NCBI RefSeq assembly: GCF_000803625.1
Contig: NZ_CP007496.1
Span: 630,001-662,000, forward strand
Reading direction: 5' to 3'
Length of the DNA: 32,000 nucleotides
Source: Candidatus Nanosynbacter lyticus
Lineage (GTDB): Bacteria; Patescibacteriota; Saccharimonadia; Saccharimonadales; Saccharimonadaceae
Below, piece after piece: positions 25,481 through 32,000 of this stretch (its first letter is position 1; each line of letters opens with the position of its first letter). The notes under the pieces were generated by a model. That model saw nothing but the letters and a program-made list of their open reading frames with translations. It had not been told where the DNA came from and ran no database searches. Both the position numbers and the translations under genes were made by a program.

Positions 25481-28400
25481 TCAATCCAGCAAACTCGCTC
25501 CGCCGCCAGCGTCATACGCTGCGCGTTTTTGGCTCCATTCGTTACTATAACGTTTGGCTTGTTCTAATACCATGTCAGTTGCCAACGCCTGCTGATCTGG
25601 CGGGTAGCCATATTTTGCCAGCGTCTTTTTGACGTTAACTTTCAGTTTTGCCTGAACATTCCTGCGCTCTGCCCAGTCAATCGTCGCATCACGACGCACC
25701 TGCTCTAACAATACTTTTGCGATATCACGTAGCTGTGCGTCACCCAGTACTTCACGAGCACTGCCATTTTCAACCAGCGCATCGTAAAAGATAATCTCAT
25801 CCTCGCTGAGGCCATCAACCACTCCGTTCTCAACAGTCTGGCGAATTTTCTGTCCAATGTTGATTAATTCCTCAATCACCTGCGCTGCCTCAATCGTGCC
25901 ATTTCTATACCGTGTCAAGGCTTGATCGAGCAAGTCAGAGAACTTGGTATCCTTGGCATAATTTCTCGAAAATCGTAGTTTAATTTCATCAGCCAGCAGT
26001 TTTTGCAAAGCCTCCACCGCCAAATTCTTGCGCTCCATGTTACGAATTTCCGCCAAAAACTCATCACTCAAAATTGACAGTTCCGGCTTTTCTAATCCTG
26101 CCGCCTCAAACACATCAACCACACCAACTGGCGCAATTGCTTTATCGACAATTTGTTTCAGCGCACTGCGATACTCAGCGTCAGTCACCACTGCCGAGCT
26201 GGACACTTTCTCCAGCCGAGCTTTCACCGCCTGGAACAGTGCCACTTCTTCGCGAATTTCCAGCGCCTCAGGCCTCGGCATCGCCAATGCAAATGCTTTA
26301 CTCAGTTCCAAAACATGCTGCTTCAACCGCTTCTCACCGTCTTCCAACCCTAAAATATATTCCTCGGCATCCAAAATAATTTGCAGTTGCTGGCTAGTTG
26401 GTGTGGTAAAATATCGCTGATAGTCAAAGTTACCAAACAAATCGCGCACCACTTCATAGCGCATCTGCATCTGTGCCACCGCCTCAGTAATATCAAGCTG
26501 CGGTGCGCCTTGACCACCACTTTGCGTATAGTCAGAAATAGCATCGCGCAGCGCCCCCGCTACACCCAGATAGTCAACCACCAAACCGCCAGTTTTTCCA
26601 GGGAACACTCGATTTACCCTGGCAATCGCTTGCATCAAATTATGCCCTTTGAGCGGTTTATCTAGATACATGGTGTGCATATTTGGCACATCAAATCCCG
26701 TCAGCCACATGTCGCACACAATCACCAATTCAAGCGGGTCATTTGGATCTTTGATACGCTTTTCGATTGCCTTTACTCGCTGTTTGTTACGAATGTGCGG
26801 TTGCAGGTAGTCGGGGTCGCTAGCACTACCGGTAATAATCACCTTTATCGCGCCGCGCGCGTCATCGTCACTGTGCCAATCCGGCCGATACGCCACAATT
26901 TTTTCATACAAATCAACCGCAATACCACGACTCATCGTCACGATCATACCTTTACCACTTAGGACACTTTGCCGGGTCTCAAAGTGCTCAATGATATCCA
27001 AAGCGATAGTATTCAGCCGCTCGCTATTACCGACAATGGCTTCTTTTTGTGCATACTCGGCCTTCAACGCATCCTGATGGCTCAGTTCTTCGCCCTCCAG
27101 CAAATCATCAACTTCCTTATCCAGCCACTGCCGCGTTGCCTCATCCATATTCAAATCAACCAGCCGGCTCTCATAATAAATCGGCACCGTTGCACCATCT
27201 TTCACCGCCTGCTCGACATCATAAATATCGATATAGTCGCCAAACACTACTGGCGTTGACTTATCGTCCGTTTCAATCGGCGTGCCCGTAAAGCCAATGT
27301 AGCTCGCACCCGGCAAGGCATCGCGCATATACTTGGCGTAACCATACACCAGCTGAGCATCACTAGCTCGGACATGCGCCTTCAAGCCATATTGACTGCG
27401 GTGCGCCTCATCTGCCATCACGATGACATTGCGTCGATCAGTCAGGACTGGCAAGCTATCCTCCTCGTCCTCGGGCGAGAACTTCTGGATTGTCGTAAAG
27501 ATAATTCCACCCGCCTGGCGCTGCAACAGTTTCCTCAGCTCACTGCGTGAATCGGCCTGCTTCGGGTCTTCTCCTAATAGCTCGCGACAGGCGCTAAACG
27601 TGCCAAATAACTGACCATCAAGATCATTACGATCCGTCACCACCACGATGGTTGGGTTATGCAAATCGCGCGATTTCATCAGTTTGCCAGTATAAAACAC
27701 CATACTCAAGCTCTTGCCCGACCCTTGCGTATGCCAAACCACACCAGCCCGCTGGTCGCCACGTTCACTACTGGCCGTTAATGTTCGATCAAGTGCCTTA
27801 TTCACTACCCAATATTGATGATAAGCGGCAACTTTTTTGATCAATTTATCGCCATCACCTCGCTCAAATACGATAAAATTCTGCACCACATCTAGCAAAC
27901 GTTCGGGCGTACACGCACCACGCAGCAATACCTCCAACATCGGCACATTGCCAGCTTCCTTTTCGCCGTCAATCGTTTTCCACGACATCATTCGCTCCAA
28001 CGGGCTGGTGATCGTGCCCATCTCTGCCTCTAGTCCATCGCTCGTCACGCACAATTCATTAAAGCGGAACAGATCACTAATCTCTCGCTTGTACGTCTGG
28101 ATTTGCTGATACGCTGCCACCAAATCGGCCTTCGTATCAGCCGCATTTTTTAGTTCAATCACCACTAGAGGCAACCCATTTACAAACAGCACGATGTCCG
28201 GCCGGCGATTATGGTCGCCTTGCAGAACCGTCAGCTGATTGACCGCCACAAAATCGTTGCTGTGTGACGAGGTAAAATCAACCACCCGCACAATATCGTG
28301 TTTCACTTCACCACTTGGTGCGCGATACTGTACTGGTACGCCCGCTATCAACAGCTGATGAAAATCATGATTATTCTCAATTAAACTTGGTTTACTAATC

Positions 28401-28615
28401 TGCGTCAACCGCCGCATCGCTTCATTCAAGGCTGGTTCTGGAATGTGCGGATTGAGCCGCGCCAAAGCACTATATAGACGCCCAGGCAATACCACCTGCC
28501 TGAGCTCACGCTCAGCTATAGCACCATCTGGACCAATATCTGGTCCATGCAGAATTTGCCAGCCGAGATTAGCTAGGATATCAAGCGCATATTGTTCGAT
28601 TTGAGATTCGGTCAT
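25481..28615 (-). CDS. hsdR: Type I restriction enzyme, R (restriction/translocase) subunit
   Basis: About 1044 aa from MTESQIEQYALDILANLGW. It has the nuclease motif PDIVLFVNGLPLVVIELK, helicase motif I HTQGSGKSLSM, DEAH box MADEAHRSQ, and a C-terminal helical domain. TATAAT (28625-28630, minus) lies 9 nt upstream of the ATG. Confidence 0.93.
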   Translation of the reverse strand: MTESQIEQYALDILANLGWQILHGPDIGPDGAIAERELRQVVLPGRLYSALARLNPHIPEPALNEAMRRLTQISKPSLIENNHDFHQLLIAGVPVQYRAPSGEVKHDIVRVVDFTSSHSNDFVAVNQLTVLQGDHNRRPDIVLFVNGLPLVVIELKNAADTKADLVAAYQQIQTYKREISDLFRFNELCVTSDGLEAEMGTITSPLERMMSWKTIDGEKEAGNVPMLEVLLRGACTPERLLDVVQNFIVFERGDGDKLIKKVAAYHQYWVVNKALDRTLTASSERGDQRAGVVWHTQGSGKSLSMVFYTGKLMKSRDLHNPTIVVVTDRNDLDGQLFGTFSACRELLGEDPKQADSRSELRKLLQRQAGGIIFTTIQKFSPEDEEDSLPVLTDRRNVIVMADEAHRSQYGLKAHVRASDAQLVYGYAKYMRDALPGASYIGFTGTPIETDDKSTPVVFGDYIDIYDVEQAVKDGATVPIYYESRLVDLNMDEATRQWLDKEVDDLLEGEELSHQDALKAEYAQKEAIVGNSERLNTIALDIIEHFETRQSVLSGKGMIVTMSRGIAVDLYEKIVAYRPDWHSDDDARGAIKVIITGSASDPDYLQPHIRNKQRVKAIEKRIKDPNDPLELVIVCDMWLTGFDVPNMHTMYLDKPLKGHNLMQAIARVNRVFPGKTGGLVVDYLGVAGALRDAISDYTQSGGQGAPQLDITEAVAQMQMRYEVVRDLFGNFDYQRYFTTPTSQQLQIILDAEEYILGLEDGEKRLKQHVLELSKAFALAMPRPEALEIREEVALFQAVKARLEKVSSSAVVTDAEYRSALKQIVDKAIAPVGVVDVFEAAGLEKPELSILSDEFLAEIRNMERKNLAVEALQKLLADEIKLRFSRNYAKDTKFSDLLDQALTRYRNGTIEAAQVIEELINIGQKIRQTVENGVVDGLSEDEIIFYDALVENGSAREVLGDAQLRDIAKVLLEQVRRDATIDWAERRNVQAKLKVNVKKTLAKYGYPPDQQALATDMVLEQAKRYSNEWSQKRAAYDAGGGASLLD

Positions 28616-28624
28616 ACTGCGACA

Positions 28625-28630
28625 ATTATA
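28625..28630 (-). promoter_or_regulatory. -10 box for hsdR (separate promoter; very short or no leader)
   Basis: The minus strand reads GGTGTATAATTGTCGCAGTATG. Confidence 0.4.
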
Positions 28631-28669
28631 CACCAGTTGTCTTGGATCCCAGAATTATAATGTTTGTTG

Positions 28670-28678
28670 TGCTATAAT
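28670..28678 (+). promoter_or_regulatory. Extended -10 (TGCTATAAT) candidate promoter for the plus-strand 270-aa/PIN gene pair
   Basis: The plus strand reads TTGTTGTGCTATAATAG, about 35 nt upstream of ATG 28713 and divergent from the hsdR promoter. Confidence 0.4.
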
Positions 28679-28712
28679 AGATATGTATTAATAAGTGGGT
28701 GGAACAGGTAAG

Positions 28713-29507
28713 ATGAGTAAGGGCGGTCTATATTTTTCGATTGACGATAAGCTAATGGATGAAAAGATTAGCTTAAACAACGTTTCTTTACCGATTTTAA
28801 AAGATTTCATTGAACAAGTATCTATTTTTATTCGTGGTAACGAGTCAGTTGACTTAAATGGAGTCAAAATTGCAATTAAACCTGGTTCGGTCGCAATAGT
28901 TGTAGAAGAAACACCACTAATCAAAACTGCCATTAGTGAATATCGCATCATAAAGTCAAGCGGCGACTTAGGAAAAATTAGTCCCGTTCGTGCAAAGGTC
29001 ATAGCAAATCTCCAAGAAAAAGTAAGGAAAAATCCCAGTAGGCTTTATACAATATCTGATAACATCGACTCTGCGTTTATAGACCAAAATTCAATTAAAA
29101 TATCTTTGGACTCGAGTTATAAGATTGTTCATGCCGATCAGTGGGTCGATACAGAGGCTTATTTGTATGGTAGAGTATTTAACATGGGAGGTAAAAGCAA
29201 GTCTAACGTTCACATTACTTTATCCAATGGCACCAACATAAAACTTGATACTAACGAAGACATTCTTGCCGATGACAATAAGAACCGGCTCTACAAAGAA
29301 CAACTCGTCCGAGTAAAGGCTCAACGAAATCTCCGCACAAAAGAGTTGCGGAACGAACGACTGGTTTCTTTTGAATATTATGAACCCCATTTTAATGAAG
29401 ACGAGTTTATCAAACAAGTCGCCAGAACTAAACTAGCTTGGAAAGATATACCTGACATAGTTAGCTGGGTGGAAGAAGTAAGAGGTAATCATGCTAAGAC
29501 AACCTAG
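28713..29507 (+). CDS. Hypothetical protein (~264 aa), upstream partner of the PIN-domain gene; no family recognised
   Basis: The ORF runs 28695-29507, and I prefer ATG 28713 (MSKGGLYFSIDD...). It is AT-rich. Its last 17 nt overlap the PIN ORF. I could not identify any diagnostic motif. Confidence 0.55.
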   Translation: MSKGGLYFSIDDKLMDEKISLNNVSLPILKDFIEQVSIFIRGNESVDLNGVKIAIKPGSVAIVVEETPLIKTAISEYRIIKSSGDLGKISPVRAKVIANLQEKVRKNPSRLYTISDNIDSAFIDQNSIKISLDSSYKIVHADQWVDTEAYLYGRVFNMGGKSKSNVHITLSNGTNIKLDTNEDILADDNKNRLYKEQLVRVKAQRNLRTKELRNERLVSFEYYEPHFNEDEFIKQVARTKLAWKDIPDIVSWVEEVRGNHAKTT

Positions 29508-29997
29508 ACAATCTGTACTAATAGACACTAGCTTTCTTATTACTCTTTTTGACAACTCGCGCCCTAATCATGAGGTAGCTAAGAAATATTATAAGTATTT
29601 CATTGATAATAATATAGATATGTATCTCTCTGCTATTGTTGCATCAGAGTATGAGTACAAAGACTCAATCGATCCTATACTAGATACTGGCAATTTTATA
29701 CCTCTTCCCTTTAATCTTGATGACTCAAAGCTAGCCGGTAGTTTCGCCAGCAGGCTGCATTCAGAATCTAGAGGCAAGCATACATCGCGAGATTCAGCAA
29801 AGGACGACGTAAAGTTACTTGCTCAATGTTCAAACCACAGTATAGATTTTGTTGCCACCGACGACACCTCGACCATGGCAAAATATTGTCGACGACTCAA
29901 TACTATGGATGAGTCGCGAACAAAAGTAATTACACTAGACTGTTTCGATGTAAGTGATTTTAACGGTGGTCAGACCGAGCTAGATATAAACTTTTAA
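29491..29997 (+). CDS. PIN-domain nuclease (VapC-like)
   Basis: 168 aa. The N-terminal SVLIDTSFLI supplies the first acidic residue, followed by ASEYEY, AKDDVKLLAQC and VATDDTS. This is the D...E...D...D spacing of PIN domains. An AAGAGGT SD lies 5 nt upstream. Confidence 0.6.
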   Translation: MLRQPRQSVLIDTSFLITLFDNSRPNHEVAKKYYKYFIDNNIDMYLSAIVASEYEYKDSIDPILDTGNFIPLPFNLDDSKLAGSFASRLHSESRGKHTSRDSAKDDVKLLAQCSNHSIDFVATDDTSTMAKYCRRLNTMDESRTKVITLDCFDVSDFNGGQTELDINF

Positions 29998-30005
29998 TAA
30001 CTATC

Positions 30006-31559
30006 CTAACTCGGTATATCTCTAAACAAATCAACCTCCTGGCGATCAATAGATATTTTATTCGTCTCCCTGATGCCTTGTAGTATATCGACGTCAACTA
30101 TACTTGTGTCTCTAACTGTTTTCATTATGTCGTCCTTTAGCCAATCAATACACCAGATAATAGAATTATCAATATATGCTCTTTCACTGACTGACCGGGT
30201 TAATAATTCATTAAATTGCAAGTCCGGATCAATAGAGTAAGATACTCGCTGCAACCAAATATCTAATAAGCCAGTGTTAGGTATAATCTTGAACTTATCA
30301 AGAATTTTTTGAACAAGGAGTCCCCTCCTTGACTCACCCGCCCCACGGATAGTTAGACTCGCAACCGCCATCGCCATATTGTAGTATTTAGGGTTTTTAA
30401 TTGCCATATTAACTACAATACTCAGCATAACTTCTGGTTTTTCATAATGACGTAAGCTTTTTCCTTGATCTAAGTAATCAAGAAGTTCCTCGTGAAACAT
30501 ATTTAGCTGGCGAGACACCATACCTGAATTAGGATATTTATAACTAGCTGCATAAATCTGCATTAACCATTTTGCAAAATTATCTTTTTCTTTCTTTATA
30601 TTCGGTATAAATAATTCTTCGATCTTATCCTTTTTAATAGAACTCAAGACTATATCGCTGCTCTTTTTGGTCTTCTGTGCATTTAATCTAAGACCAAGTA
30701 TTGCTAAAATTTCAGTTAACTCTTTCAGTATACGAGCTCCTAGATCTAGCCTATTGGTAAAAATTCGATAGTCATCCCTGTAGCGAACAATGGAATATTC
30801 TCTTTTATCAATATCTTTTATAGCTTGAGCTAAAAGATTATCAGCATATGCAAAGATAAGCTCAGCAATAAAATCAGAAAGAGTGTTTCCCTGAGGTATC
30901 CCATTTGTTTGTCGATGATTCATCATCTGAAAATGCTCATCAATTTTACCTCCCAAAGATTTTTTATCACGGTTAGCATAAGCCTCGTCTTTACCATGAA
31001 GAGCCCATGAAATAGAATGCGTATATATTGATCCATAACAGTTTGCAACATCAGTTTCTAAGACATATCGAAACTCAAGACCTTTAGCCGCACAGTTTTG
31101 CTCAAATTTCTCCCACCAAGCACGTATTTGCTCCGCTTTCGCGCTTTTCTTTTTTGAGGGTTGCACTGGAATACTAGCAACTTCAATATTACAACCCCTC
31201 CTTAACTCAGAAAATCGCTTTTTTATAACACTCCAATTATCCTCTTTAGTGATATAATGCACTAACCCTACATAAAGAACCGGATTTATTATCTCAAATG
31301 GCCTCCAGGCTAGTTCACCGTCTTTGTTGCCGTAAATCACTTTATTTACATCATGTCTATCTCGTGGGTCTTTCTTCTTACGGCCACCATCCTCTGGATC
31401 AAAAAAATAATTAACATCATAACCGCCCATCTTACTTGACACAGCTTGAAGTATTGGATCAAAGTTAAAATATTCAGGCAAATCAAAGTTTACATAACTT
31501 TTACCGTCCAGCAAAAAAGCACGAGCTTGCTTATGATCAAGTTCTAATATATTAGCCAT
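30006..31559 (-). CDS. Reverse transcriptase, UG/Abi (AbiA/AbiK/Abi-P2/DRT)-like, with a C-terminal alpha-helical domain
   Basis: 517 aa. RT motif A is YVLETDVANCYGSI (D170). Motif B is NGIPQGNTLSDFIAEL. Motif C is IVRYRDDYRIF, with YRDD at nt 30771-30782. Motif D/E is LGLRLNAQKT. The ~200-aa helical tail has no endonuclease or maturase motifs. Its ATG overlaps the hsdS stop (TAATG). Confidence 0.8.
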   Translation of the reverse strand: MANILELDHKQARAFLLDGKSYVNFDLPEYFNFDPILQAVSSKMGGYDVNYFFDPEDGGRKKKDPRDRHDVNKVIYGNKDGELAWRPFEIINPVLYVGLVHYITKEDNWSVIKKRFSELRRGCNIEVASIPVQPSKKKSAKAEQIRAWWEKFEQNCAAKGLEFRYVLETDVANCYGSIYTHSISWALHGKDEAYANRDKKSLGGKIDEHFQMMNHRQTNGIPQGNTLSDFIAELIFAYADNLLAQAIKDIDKREYSIVRYRDDYRIFTNRLDLGARILKELTEILAILGLRLNAQKTKKSSDIVLSSIKKDKIEELFIPNIKKEKDNFAKWLMQIYAASYKYPNSGMVSRQLNMFHEELLDYLDQGKSLRHYEKPEVMLSIVVNMAIKNPKYYNMAMAVASLTIRGAGESRRGLLVQKILDKFKIIPNTGLLDIWLQRVSYSIDPDLQFNELLTRSVSERAYIDNSIIWCIDWLKDDIMKTVRDTSIVDVDILQGIRETNKISIDRQEVDLFRDIPS

Positions 31560-32000
31560 TATATCTTAATCTCTCCGGAAATTAATTTTGGTAAAAGCAA
31601 ATCACGAATTTTGGACAAATAATCTATTTGCTTCTTGTTTTCATGTATCATATCAAACAATGGTCGCACCATCTGCTCGAAATCATCAAACTCGCAATCT
31701 GATAAATCAACAATTTCCAAAAGCTCTATGTGCTTTGGATAAATATGCGGCTGACCAGAGCCAGTTTGCATATCGTATATCTCTTTTTGCTTGTTCTTGA
31801 GGAATAAATAGTAGGTATAAACATATTTGGTAATTGTTGAGTCAATGTACGAAGAGTCTGCCGACCATACTGGTTCACCCCAAACAGACACAAAACCAGC
31901 ATTTGCTCCGGATGCACTTATCGTGATAACTGGCGCGGTCGTATTTGCTTCATTGTGAAATCCGGCTGGCTTCAGTCCACCGCTAATAACCGGTGTGTCA
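31559..32000 (-). CDS. hsdS: Type I restriction-modification specificity subunit; N-terminal part lies beyond the window
   Basis: The frame is open from base 32000: DTPVISGGLKPAGFHNEANTTAPVITISASGANAGFVSVWGEPVWSADSSY... This is typical of a target-recognition domain. It ends with the conserved HsdS tail QIDYLSKIRDLLLPKLISGEIKI. The track shows only the part after an internal GTG. Confidence 0.85.
   Translation of the reverse strand, partial: DTPVISGGLKPAGFHNEANTTAPVITISASGANAGFVSVWGEPVWSADSSYIDSTITKYVYTYYLFLKNKQKEIYDMQTGSGQPHIYPKHIELLEIVDLSDCEFDDFEQMVRPLFDMIHENKKQIDYLSKIRDLLLPKLISGEIKI

Noticed and set aside
25567-28109. A series of plus-strand ORFs (60-130 aa) antisense to hsdR, for example 26028-26420
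   Set aside because: hsdR is continuous and motif-complete on the minus strand. The antisense ORFs are low-complexity (S/A/P/H-rich) and lack initiation signals.
28688-29002. A 104-aa minus-strand ORF antisense to the 270-aa gene
   Set aside because: It has no SD or promoter, it would run into the hsdR promoter region, and the plus-strand ORF is far longer and forms an operon with PIN. I cannot fully exclude a small antisense product.
30006-31559. The RT as a group II intron, retron or DGR reverse transcriptase
   Set aside because: Its start overlaps the hsdS stop and its stop is 8 nt from the PIN stop. No flanking non-coding space exists for intron domains or msr/msd. There is no maturase or endonuclease tail, and I noticed no template/variable repeat pair. 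This still needs profile-based confirmation.
1-32000. CRISPR arrays, rRNA genes, and IS elements/transposases
   Set aside because: I found no regularly spaced direct repeats, no rRNA-like sequence, and no transposase/integrase-like ORF or terminal inverted repeats when reading the window.

Overview
The window is a gene-dense, mostly minus-strand chromosomal segment. It uses the standard genetic code: TAA, TAG and TGA all end full-length conserved genes. The gene content looks like a reduced-genome, Gram-positive-type organism. A Saccharibacteria/TM7-like CPR lineage is my inference only.

In order, the window holds:
- two tandem CorA paralogs, the first cut by the window edge;
- a complete arginine deiminase operon (arcA, arcB, a YfcC-type transporter, arcC) with a terminator;
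- a TylF-like methyltransferase;
- an AT-rich orphan gene;
- a heterodimeric ABC exporter pair with one degenerate ATP site;
- tRNA-Pro(CGG);
- a NUDIX hydrolase;
- a polar amino-acid ABC importer;
- an LtaS/sulfatase-family enzyme;
- galE;
- a perfect CIRCE operator in front of a ClpB that lacks its N-domain;
- a thiol-redox cluster: a CxxC membrane protein, a DsbA-like protein, and a thioredoxin-like gene broken by an in-frame TAA directly before its CPWC site;
- an ABC-2 exporter;
- a PdaC-like deacetylase;
- a DUF167 gene.

The most interesting region is the last ~6.5 kb, a type I restriction-modification locus. Its hsdS (partial at the window end) and hsdR are separated by ~2.9 kb of AT-rich cargo. 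The cargo is a 517-aa UG/Abi-type reverse transcriptase with an intact YRDD motif, translationally coupled to hsdS, plus an opposite-strand pair made of an unknown 270-aa protein and a PIN-domain nuclease. This is the position prrC occupies in the EcoprrI locus, and I propose a composite or guard-type defense system.

A second window-wide signal is an exact TATAAT box 6 nt (sometimes 9 nt) upstream of many start codons with no Shine-Dalgarno sequence. This implies frequent leaderless mRNAs and favours shorter start sites than the longest-ORF calls.
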